A stretch of 63,986 bases of DNA, the filler included, from Octopus bimaculoides (taxonomy: Eukaryota): the NCBI RefSeq assembly GCF_001194135.2. It is 10 parts of 10 records of this genome, joined end to end, with 100 filler letters (N's around TTAATTAATTAA, not from the genome) between each part and the next. Parts side by side here need not be neighbours in the genome. Positions count along the whole stretch, not along the records: positions 31,934 to 48,111 come from NC_068991.1; positions 48,212 to 53,260 come from NC_068984.1; 8 more parts are not named here. One strand, given 5' to 3'. A program made the translations under genes and the position numbers. Under the pieces are notes generated by a model. The model had not been told where the DNA came from. It did not search any database and worked only from the letters and a program-made list of their open reading frames with translations. Positions 40,311-51,156 of the stretch are shown here, piece after piece; within the stretch, counting starts at the first letter, position 1, and every line of letters begins with the position of its first letter.

Positions 40311-40429
40311 TCGTTTTATTGGCCACAAGGGCTAATATCAATCAAAAACCTGTAAGGACAAAGACAGGACGAAGGTTACAAAAGGTTTTGTCCGAAAAAG
40401 TAGAAAAACGTTCGTGTAAACAGAAGAAG

Positions 40430-40962
40430 AATGCCCTAACACAGTACCAGGCAGTGGCTCTCATAGTTTCTAATCTTAACTGAAGTCAACAAGTACATAT
40501 TTTGTCTTGGTGGAAAAGATGGGCTACAGCAAATATTCAGCTCAATACCACAGATTTGCTTGCCAGTTGCTTGACCACAACCAGCTGAGTATGTCCCTTA
40601 GTGGCTGACGATATGTGCACATCTGATCACGAGGAAAAGAAGTGGGGGAGCATCATATGTTGAGAGGGATTCTTTGGAGTTGAATAGGTTACCTCTGGAA
40701 AGATGAGTTTTTCGTTCATCATTTTTAAGCAAACCTTATTCACGAACTTTTGGGCGTGATGGGCTACCCTACCTAAAGAAAATTCTAATTGGGCTCCACC
40801 TGCAAGGTCATGCGCTGTTCATCTTGATATGAGATTACTATGTTGCGCGCATATGGTTGTGATGCATGTGCCTGGTGGTAATTATGATGGTAGTTATAAT
40901 GGGTATATTGGGCTAAGTATACTTGTACACCAGTGCCACTTTGATGGCATCCAGTGCTCTCT

Positions 40963-40993
<31 letters not shown>

Positions 40994-40998
40994 GCTAC

Positions 40999-41068
<70 letters not shown>

Positions 41069-41070
41069 TA
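40430..41070 (+). repeat. Repeat family D, longest copy, plus (ACT)n(AAT)n tail
   Basis: No recognisable ORF. Same right boundary as the other two copies. The left boundary is approximate. Confidence 0.8.
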
Positions 41071-41085
41071 TTATTATTATTATTC

Positions 41086-41466
41086 AGTAGTTTTATTTTT
41101 ATAACGTGCTTTCACTTCACTACCGAGCGCAGCTCTGTGCGCCTTGGGTATGTGCTGTGGTTTGCTGTGGTGCTCTTATGTTTACTGTATTGAAAGTGTT
41201 TTGCGTAGAATGTGTGCAGTACCCAGTAGTGCAATTTTCTGTATGTTATATATATTTGTAAGTCCTGGTGTTTTTGTTATGTATTTGTCTGAATATTTTT
41301 TTATTATACCTAAGGCACCTACTATGATAGGAATTGTTTCTGTTTTTAGATTCCACATTCGAGTTATCTCTATTTCCAGGTCTTTGTATTTTGAAAGTTT
41401 TTCCATTTCTTTTAGAGAAACGTTGTCATCTGCTGGTATTGATACATCAATTAGAAAGCATTTTTT
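41086..41466 (-). mobile_element. 3' end of R4/Dong-like non-LTR element (restriction-like endonuclease C-terminus plus 3' UTR)
   Basis: KKCFLIDVSIPADDNVSLKEMEKLSKYKDLEIEITRMWNLKTETIPIIVGALG...IQKIALLGTAHILRKTLSIQ*. The 3' UTR runs into (AAT)n. Confidence 0.9.
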
Positions 41467-41504
41467 AAATTGTTATTGTTGTTGTTATTTTTATTATTAT
41501 CATG

Positions 41505-41700
41505 AAGATAGCAAGTTGGCTTAATCGTTAGAATGTCGGAAGAATGCTTTACCGTACTTGTTCCAGCTCTTTCCCATTGTCACCAGAATCACGGTGCTTT
41601 TCATTCTCACAGTATCAATTAAATAAAGTACTACTCTAGTAGTGAGACTGATGATATCGACTGATTCTCCAATTTTCTCCCCTTGTGCCTAAATCAGAAA
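41505..41700 (+). mobile_element. SINE family C, old copy
   Basis: aagatagcaagttggcttaatcgttagaatgtcggaagaatgc...atcgactg...cttgtgcct. Confidence 0.6.
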
Positions 41701-42412
41701 CATCTAGGTTGTAACATTTAATTTGTGTATGCATGTATGTACGTGTACATATATATTATTCAAAACTGTTTGATTCGAATTCTGTGTTACTTCAAATTTC
41801 GTCAGGCTTGTAGAATAGCCGAATATGTGTGTGTGTGTGAGTGTGTATGTATGTATAATGTACATATATATATATATATGCATATATGTATTTATACGTA
41901 TATATCTATATATAATGCATATATATATATATATATATATANNNNNNNNNNNNNNNNNNNNNNNNNNNNNNNNNNNNNNNNNNNNNNNNNNNNNNNNNNN
42001 NNNNNNNNNNNNNNNNNNNNNNNNNNNNNNNNNNNNNNNNNNNNNNNNNNNNNNNNNNNNNNNNNNNNNNNNNNNNNNNNNNNNNNNNNNNNNNNNNNNN
42101 NNNNNNNNNNNNNNNNNNNNNNNNNNNNNNNNNNNNNNNNNNNNNNNNNNNNNNNNNNNNNNNNNNNNNNNNNNNNNNNNNNNNNNNNNNNNNNNNNNNN
42201 NNNNNNNNNNNNNNNNNGTTTTCCAGCAGTACGCTTCAGTTCTTCATGAAGAATAGGTGGTGTTTCAGGAGTATCGGCTCCCTCCTTTACCGGTTTCCTC
42301 CATCCGTGGTGATGACAAGCATTGCTCTCCCAGTCACCCTCCTGCATTTAACAGGATTTTAATGAGGACTTTACACAGTCTTTAAATTGCAGTCTTGGCA
42401 TCTGCCATACAA

Positions 42413-42560
42413 ATTGAGAAATTAGGCTTCTCAAAACCTGAAAAGAGAAAGCTAATTCGAAGACTACAGATCCAATCTATCACTGGAACTGTAAAAATCT
42501 GTAAAACTTTCCAGAAGCTTATCATTTAAATATATATGAGCATGTCTAGATATGCAACTA
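42413..42560 (+). mobile_element. 3' end of a second RLE-type (R2-superfamily) non-LTR retrotransposon
   Basis: 42413-42529 reads IEKLGFSKPEKRKLIRRLQIQSITGTVKICKTFQKLII*, resembling C-termini of RLE non-LTR ORFs after the GALG motif (recalled similarity, not searched). Confidence 0.6.
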
Positions 42561-45500
42561 TATGCATGAAAATGCGTGCGTGTGTGTGTGTTTGTGTGAG
42601 CGTATGTGTATGTAAGTGTATACAGGGTAGATATTACAATATGTTTAAGCATTTTGTCATGTCATTTTTTTTTGCCTCGAGCCTTACTTCTCTTTCGTAC
42701 ATTTTTTGTTCAGTCTCAATTCTTACCTCACCATGCACCACTATCATACAAATTTCTGCTTTTGTTTCTCTCTTTATTCATCTAATTTTTATCATTCTCT
42801 AGCATTTGCTTACTTAGTTACTTTATCCTGTTACCTCTTTATTTCCTTCCTTTTACAGTTTTATTTTCTTTCCACCACCCCTCTCTTAGTTCATTACTTA
42901 TTCAAGCTATTTCTTCTTCACTCACTGTTATCCATCACTCACAATATTACAGTTCCTGCTCCCATAATGACCTATCCTGCCAGTATTCTTAACGGCTGAC
43001 TTCTGACTATTTTCTCGATCTCTTGCTGTCCCACGTTGTGAATCTCTCAGCAGCCTATTTGTCTCTCTAATCCATCACACTCATTATAATGCTTTCTTTG
43101 TCATCTGTTTCTCTCAGTGCAACCAAAATATTCCCCCCTCTCTCTCTCTTTCACTTCACATTTTTATAATGTGACAGAAAGACAGAAACCACAAAACAAA
43201 ATAACAGTATTTATGTTATCGAAGCCTAGATCTCAATTTAATTTTCCAGATGGTCTTATTTATAAGTATATATCTTGTGCCAGTGGGAATCACCAATAGT
43301 GCATTATACGAGTTGTTACAGCAAACTGCACAATGTCTGTTCAAACTACAAATCTTGCACCCTCATACAAATGGTTAATCACTATGTTTCTCATCTTCCA
43401 AGTGCAAGTCTGAAAACAGAGATTTTAGTTTCAAAATAAGAGAGAATTTGGAAAAACTGCTGCATATTGGCACTGCTTGCTACTAAACCAGTTGTTTGTA
43501 TACAAAAATCTTCCTAACAGTCCATGCCATTATTTATGTTGTTTGACTTAACATTTACTCGAGTTGAGTGTGATGTGACTATTACTTTAAATAGTTTAGT
43601 AAGTGTGATGGGGTTGCACCTATGATTGTTGTAGAATCTACCACGAGACTGATGAGATCGAAACGGGGGTAGGGTGAGAATTGCGGGGTGAAATTCAGGA
43701 GAGTTTACGTTCTGGGGAGAAATTATTGGGCAGAGTAATTATTGGGGATCACTGTGGAGGTGCACACATATGATTGGTACAGAGAGGAGAGACAAATCTA
43801 GGCTTGGTAGAGGTGTTGGGAACGCAGCTAACTCCAAAAAGCAGAGGCCACAATAGTAGCAGCAGAAAAGACAACATGAGGAGCGGGTGAATCTTTGGGC
43901 TAGTAGAGGGAGATTGTCATTCTACTCTTTCATCTATATGAAACAAAAAATCACCCGGACCCTTACAAATGTTGATCCCTATCAACATTTCATCTTAATC
44001 TTCTGCACAGAACTCTCATGATACTGAACCCTCAATACTTGGTGTCTGGCAGGTACATATTCTATTCCTTACAAGGAAACTTTGAAAATAGCTTTTATTG
44101 TATGCTGTAACAATCCTATTTAGAAATTTCTTACCAAACCAAATTGAAGTGATTGCATAGATCGGACAAAAAGGGAAAATATTTATGCATAAGAACAACA
44201 AAACACGCTATATTACCTAACATTTCACACCGTCCTACAAAAAACACTACACTGCTCTACAAAACACATCACACGGCCCTACAAATCTCAAAAATATCAC
44301 ACAGCTTTACAAAATACGTCATACCGCTCTATAAAATAGCTAGCTTAACCCCCGATAGACGAATATAGACAAAGAATAAAGAGAAAAAAAAAAGATTTCA
44401 TTCTACGAATAATGCAATGTTAATATGTCGGACGAGTTGCGAACTATTTTTACAGAGTCCAGCTTTTGTTAATTTGTCTCAGTAAATCCCGTTGACGTCA
44501 CCAGAAGGTTCGCTTATCTTTCCTGTCATCGTTGTTATCACAGAGTCACCCATAAGTATGGCGGATTCTGCTTAATCATCAGGGAATAGTTATTTAGATG
44601 ATTTATTGTGTTTATTTCATCTATTTAGAGACCTCAGTGTACCGCGTCCAAGTAACAGGGAGGGGGAGTTAGAGAGAGAAAGAAAGAGGGAAGGAGAGTG
44701 AGAGAAAAGAAAAAGAGACTGGGGAGAAATTCGACATTGCTATTTAGTGGGTGGGTCAATGAAATAAATTCCAGTTGATAGACAAAGTTCGATTGAATCG
44801 ATTGCAAACGTCTGCAACTTGCTTCTCTTTTGCAACGGAAAATCTTGAATGTAGTAGTGATGAGGTGCAGAACAGAGCTGTGAATATGGATGGAGTGGAG
44901 AGTCTGTGATGAAGAGAAAATGAAAAGCAGAGGGGAAGAGAGGGGAAGAGAGAGAGAGGGTGGAGGGAGAGAGAGCGGTAGAGAGAGGCGGACAGAGACA
45001 GACGGATAGGCAGACAGAGAGCGAGCGATGAAAATCCGGAAATGACATCTTATTAACCTAAACGTTATTCTTGCTGACACTGGCCGCCATTCATATCAGA
45101 AATAGTTCCATCTTTAATAAATCTGATTTAGCAAGAACGAACGGAAAGAAGATAAAAGAAAAAAAGAAAAATGAAATAAAAATGAAACGAGAGATAAAAG
45201 CGGTAAGGAAAAAGTAGGAACAAGGGAACGAAGGAATTATTAACAATAAAAGATAAAGGGGGAAGAGAAAAAGAGAGAAGGATCTATTTTTATTGGATAA
45301 GATCGCCGATGAGAGGAAACGGAGATTATGTGATGTTCATGCATCTAAGGGGTAGTGAAAGGTCATTAACGGAGCTAAATTATATGAAATGACTGACACA
45401 TGGAATTTCAAATGTAACGAAATAACAAAAACAGAAAATTTAAATTAAAAAACAAAAAAGGATTTAAGATAACAAAAAACAAAAAGCAAAACAAAGGAGA

Positions 45501-45916
45501 AAAATATGGAGAAAATGAGTGAGAGTGGGGTTTAAAGAAAGCTCAGATAAATATACAAAGTAAAAGAATGATAGAAGGTCATATACAGACAAGATGAGTG
45601 AAAATTGTTGATGTCAGTTTCTCCAGTATATAACTGGAATTGTAACTACGGAGAAATTAATGATAATGTTGTCATCGGCGGGATTTGAACTTGAAAAGGA
45701 AGTTAAACATCACAGGCAGACTTCACCGGTGTGCTATTCTTCCTGTATCTCAGTCACTTCTTGTTGGAAAGGCCCTACAATGTGATTAATTGAAATGTGA
45801 GACAACAGGCAAATATCTCTCAAATTACAAAAGCAGAATGGACATACACAACACGTGCACATACATGAGTGTGTGTGTGTGTATATGTATATGTGTGCGT
45901 GTGGATATATGTTTGT

Positions 45917-46234
45917 GAGGGCACATGACTCAGTGGTTAGAGCATCGGGCTCACAATCATGAGGTAGTGAGTCTGTTCTTCAGTAAGACATTTTATTTCA
46001 CGTTGCTCCAATTCACTCAGCTGTAGAAATGAGTTACGACGTCACTGGTGCCAAGCTGTATCGGCCTTTGCCTTTACCTTGGAAGACATCAGTGGCATAG
46101 AGAGAGGAGGCTGGTCTGCTTGGGCAACTGCTGGTCTTCCACCAAGAGTCTTGCCAGGACTTGTGCCTCGAAGGGTAACTTTGTAGGTGCAATTCTATGG
46201 TTAATTATGACCGAAGGGGGTTCTTTACCCTTTA
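45917..46234 (+). mobile_element. SINE with family B head and core but a different 3' module (B-prime); B box deleted
   Basis: Head gggcacatgactcagtggttagagc, shared core ttttatttcacgttgctccaattcactcag, then a distinct tail gtcactggtgccaagctgtatcgg...gaccgaagggggttctttac. Confidence 0.75.
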
Positions 46235-46314
46235 AATGTAGTCGTGTTTCTCTCTGTGTGTATATATACGTACATATACATGTTTGCTTCTCTCTTTCTC
46301 TCTCTTTATATATA

Positions 46315-47188
46315 TAAAAGGTGCTCGGACTCAATTTGAAGGTTTGCACAAACAGAAAAGGAAACACAATATCCCATCCAAAATTATCTTTTTAAAAATC
46401 AAAAAAAACATCAACTAGATGATGGCTGGGGGATAACAGTTTTCTCAAACGAGCTGCCTTCAACTTCCACTACGGCCTCAGGAAGGCCCTGGAACTTGGC
46501 GTATGCATCCCGCACTGACCCTGAGAAGAACTTCCAACACCTTCTTGATCTTGGCCACCAGGTAGAACTTGGCGTTACAGGGAGAACAGTGTCTTTTTCA
46601 ACCGCACTCCATACATGGTAATCCATGGGATTGCAATCGGGAAAAACTGAAAGTCAGAAATTAGGGCTGGTGCAATAGTAAAAATTCTCCGACAATCACT
46701 TCTGACTCTTCCCGGAGTTATGGCAAGGGACAAAATCCGGATGCTACTCCCCAGCAAAGATTTGACCACATTCTTCGCATAGCCGTCAGAATTAAGCCTA
46801 AGGCCCTATTCAAGGTTGTTGGATAGCGTAGTATCACCCTCACTGGAGAAACATCCAAAGACCATGACAGTTAGGGAGATCTTGGTTTCCACGAAGTCCA
46901 TGTCACGTCTTACGGCCTTTCCCAGAACGTTGAACAGCTGCCAGCAGACAGAGCGTTGAACAGCAGTCAGGACAGTAGACAGGAACAGCAGTCATGATAC
47001 CCGGCGCGAATCACCATGATACAGGTAACTCTTTTCCAATATTCAGTTGGCTTTCGGTCCTCCATGTAAGCTAACTTTTTCTCGACTACAGCTTTATGCA
47101 ATCTAGTGCCGTTGACTGCTCACTAATACGTTAAGCTTTTCCTGAAAAAGGAAACAAAAAATCGTCGAATTCAGCTTGAATACGCTAC
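46315..47188 (-). mobile_element. maT/DD37D-type Tc1/mariner transposon, internally deleted and frameshifted
   Basis: TVMVFGCFSSEG...GLRLNSDGY...(C)NPMDYHVWSAVEKDT...PEAVVEVEGSSFE. Degenerate inverted termini at about 46315-46345 and 47160-47188. Confidence 0.8.
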
Positions 47189-47272
47189 ACACAGACGCAC
47201 ACACACACACACACACGCACACAAACACACACACATATACATATGGATATAGACAGACAGACAGACAGAGCG

Positions 47273-47336
<64 letters not shown>

Positions 47337-47442
47337 TCACAAACACATACACACCCTTTGTAGATAGAGGTATAATATAGAGCGACCGATTGTCGACTAG
47401 AATACTTTACGATATTTGTTTTGACCCTGCATACGCATATAT

Positions 47443-47605
47443 ATACGACAGGCTTCTTATAGTTTCCATTTACCAAATCTACTCACAACGCTTCGATCGC
47501 CCCGAGGCTAGAAGACATCTGCTCAGGGTGTCCTGAATTTGAGATTGAACCCAGAACCATATTGTTGGGAAGGGAGCTCCTTACGACACAGCCACACCGG
47601 CGGCT
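47443..47605 (-). mobile_element. Head of SINE family A
   Basis: Reverse complement ggtgtggctgtgtcgtaagg...ggttctgggttcaatc...gtagatttggtaaatggaaac...gcctgtcgtat. Confidence 0.8.
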
Positions 47606-48211
47606 ATATAGATATATGGTATCTAATACCGCATGAACGACTGCAATATGTCTGATCCGTTGCATGAATTGGAGTAGCGAAGACATAAACTTTAAAATCG
47701 GAGAGAAGCCTAAAGTGAAGAAGTAGAAATAATATTTTATCTGTAATGTTGTATATCGAAATTTCCTTTTCGTTTGACTTCATCCTCGCAGCCGGTAATT
47801 AATTATAGTTTCTCATAATTATTCATAGAGAGCCTTTCAACAAAACATACCTTCATTAGGATGAGTTGAGATGTAGTTCGTTGAATTCTCATGTGTCTTA
47901 TTACCAGATAAACACGCACGCACACACATAAATATATGTAAATAATTTTTGCGTGTACCTCATTCATTAAACATAGATTTAGCCACACTGTGTAAATAGA
48001 CCTCCTGATTTAACCACAGAAGCCCACTGTTACCACAGGATTTATTTACACAGCGAGAATCTAGGAATATTTAACAAACATATGGCTGTGTATATATATA
48101 TATATATATATNNNNNNNNNNNNNNNNNNNNNNNNNNNNNNNNNNNNNNNNNNNNTTAATTAATTAANNNNNNNNNNNNNNNNNNNNNNNNNNNNNNNNN
48201 NNNNNNNNNNN

Positions 48212-48303
48212 TCTATTTATCTATCTGTCTGTCTATCTATTTATCTATCTGTCTGTCTATCTATTTATCTATCTGTCTGTCTATCTATTTATCTATCTGT
48301 CTG

Positions 48304-48334
<31 letters not shown>

Positions 48335-48335
48335 G
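48212..48335. repeat. Higher-order microsatellite, about 4 x 24 bp unit TCTATTTATCTATCTGTCTGTCTA, then (TCTA)n
   Basis: Directly visible after the gap. Confidence 0.85.
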
Positions 48336-48347
48336 CATGCAGTCATA

Positions 48348-48392
<45 letters not shown>

Positions 48393-48826
48393 TATTCATA
48401 TGCTACTTTTGTCTTATACTTCGACACATGCCAACATTGTTCCACATTGCTCTTTACATTCACTTTGCCATCCAATTAGCAATAGCATTATTTCCCCTCC
48501 AACTTGCTCTTGGTCTCACTTCCTTACATACACGTTTTCACATAACTAAACTACAAATTCCGTACATGTACACACACACAAACACCCCGCTATCCCACTA
48601 GTCAATGACACAATATCTGCACATTTGCACACCTCTGTACACATATTGCTGCCACTTCTTATGCCTCTTTCACGATACACCCTTATACTTTCATCTACAC
48701 AGCTGTCCCTGCCACCCTTTTAACCTTCCCCTCAGAGAACAGCAATTCTACCTGGTTTCTACCGCTTGGACCGTTTGTTTGTTTTTGTTACCAGCTATTT
48801 CTCTTTCCCTCTACGCTATCTGATTT

Positions 48827-48862
48827 TCTTTTGATGATGGACTTCTATCCGAAATGTTAAGA
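48827..48862 (+). ncRNA. Degenerate minimal hammerhead motif
   Basis: UCUU UUGAUGA U GGA cuucua UCC GAA AUGU U AAGA. Stem I UCUU/AAGA and stem II GGA/UCC are intact. C3 is U without G8 compensation, and ACGU has become AUGU. Confidence 0.5.
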
Positions 48863-49890
48863 CACTTTCTATTTCCTTTAAAACTTTCTTACTTCCATAT
48901 TGTCTTTTTTATTGTTCATTAGATTTATACTACACTCGTATTTCATCAAAAGCATTCTATATTTTGTGAATTCACCTAGAACAACTCTGACACATATTTC
49001 CTTTTTTAAAGATTTTAGTTTGTGATATGTAAAAGGTCTGACAGCCATTGTTTGAACAAACAGTGCTTGGGTAATCTCACTGTTAATCTTGGATAAGTTG
49101 TCGTTGTTGCTATTGTATTTAACCTTAGATCACTTCTCTTGGAGCGGACTTACGTTCAAAGTTATTCCATCTATGATCAACTCATCTTATTCCTATACGA
49201 GGCGAAAATATAGCCATGTTATCCAGCGTATATTTTTTTGAGATGGAGGATGTGTGATCAGCGTTTGATTGGGCTGAGATTTAGCAGGTCGAACGACCAT
49301 ATGGAATCTATATGGTGAGCATCTGGATAATTTTCACAGATTAATTTCTTGGCGAACTGCAGACACCAGAGGATATGATCGATCGATTTTTCTCTCTAAA
49401 TATCTGCTTCTCCATCAATAGGCTCTTCTGTCTGGATATCTTTAATTTTTATTTATTTATTTATTTCAGTCATTGGACTCCGGCTGTACAGTAGCATCGC
49501 ATTGAAAGGGTTAGTCGAGCAAATCGACTGCCATATATGCTTTCTTTTTTTTATAGTCTATTTGTTTCTTTTGTCAAACCGGAAAGTGACGGTGATGTTT
49601 CGTAAGTAAACCTACACTGGTTCTTTAGCGGTCGAATGGGGACAAACACACAGACATACATGCGCACACATACNNNNNNNNNNNNNNNNNNNNNNNNNNN
49701 NNNNNNNNNNNNNNNNNNNNNNNNNNNNNNNNNNNNNNNNNNNNNNNNNNNNNNNNNNNNNNNNNNNNNNNNNNNNNNNNNNNNNNNNNNNNNNNNNNNN
49801 NNNNNNNNNNNNNNNNNNNNNNNNNNNNNNNNNNNNNNNNNNNNNNNNNNNNNNNNNNNNNNNNNNNNNNNNNTATATATATATATATAT

Positions 49891-50075
49891 ATGGGAGAAT
49901 ATACAAAAAATAACAACAGACGAGGACAGGTGGTGTAAATAACAAAAGTATATATTAGTATGACGCTCGGGAATACGGAAAGTCTTTGACGTTTCGAGCT
50001 ACGCTCTTCAACAGAAAGAATACGGAGACAAGGAGAAAAACACGGAGAAAAAAAATTGAATAGTGTTCAGTCAAC
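49891..50075 (-). mobile_element. Short PLE-pLTR-like element carrying a hammerhead
   Basis: Homologous to 37569, 53361, 58200 and 60825. The 3' end ttctccca abuts (TA)n. Confidence 0.85.
49984..50018 (-). ncRNA. Minimal type I hammerhead motif (U6 variant)
   Basis: CUUU CUGUUGA A GAGC gua GCUC GAA ACGU C AAAG, with a GUC cleavage triplet. Confidence 0.75.
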
Positions 50076-50536
50076 ACGACGAGCACCTACATAGTTTCCC
50101 TTACATAAATTCACTCACATGGCACTAGACAGCCCAAGGCTATGGAAAAAGATACATACACAAGCAGCGGGTCTGAACCCAAAACCAACGCGAGTTTCTT
50201 AACCACACAGTTATTCTTGTATGTTGAAAACTTCCCATGCTGGGAATCGAATATGAGCCATCTGGGTGAAACCCAGGTGTCCAATATGTATATGTTTAAT
50301 ACAAATTAATAATATCTTTATTTATCGCTTCAACCCTACTACAAACCCCTTTCACGTTAAAACAGTCATTAAGTGCAAGTAGTTAATCTCATATTTACTC
50401 GTGTGAGCCTACAAGCTGTTTCAATGTATGAAATAGATTCTTAATTTTTTCCGTTTTAAGGTGTACTTGATTACCTTATGTCTTAGTGTCATAGATTTTC
50501 ATTTCAAAACAATATCAGTTTGAATATGGAATGAGT

Positions 50537-50569
<33 letters not shown>

Positions 50570-51118
50570 GTATAACGTATATAGTTTTATGTATGTATAT
50601 TTTATTATTTTATTATTATGGGTGCCCCTGAAGCTGATGTCTTTGTTGAAATGACCATCATCATCATAGTCATAAATTATCATCACTCGTCGTCGTCATC
50701 ATCATCATCATCACCATCGTTGTCGTCACAATCGCCGTCGTGTTCGCTTCCATTAGTGTTGTTGTTGCTGTTATTACTGCATACGTTGGTGATGATGCTG
50801 TTGAAAGGCAAAATTCCAGAAGAGATATCGATTTACATTGAAAATCCATAGAAACGTCTACAGAAGTGGCCAATGGCAATGAAAGAAAAGTTCAAATGGT
50901 AAAAAATCTAATCGAGGTATTTCTAAGAGAATTCCATAAAACCAGGAAAGGGAAAGAAACAGGGTGGAGGAGGGAAAAGAATGAGAAGGTGGGAGGAAGG
51001 GAAGTATTAAAATGAAAAAGATAGCAAGCCAGATGGAAGAATAACGAGATAATAGGTGCGAAAATTAGATAGATAAAGAAACGAAGAAAGGTGTTAGAAA
51101 AGAAGTGTATATACATAC

Positions 51119-51156
<38 letters not shown>

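Larger units (their letters stand above)
49455..50215 (-). mobile_element. SINE family A split by a gap and a hammerhead-bearing insertion
   Basis: Tail at 49455-49673, degraded head at 50085-50215, insert at 49891-50075 next to (TA)n. Confidence 0.65.

Noticed and set aside
43649-43664. CTGATGA-GATC-GAAAC, a perfect hammerhead core string
   Set aside because: No UH cleavage site with a closing stem I can be arranged in any topology, so it is likely chance.
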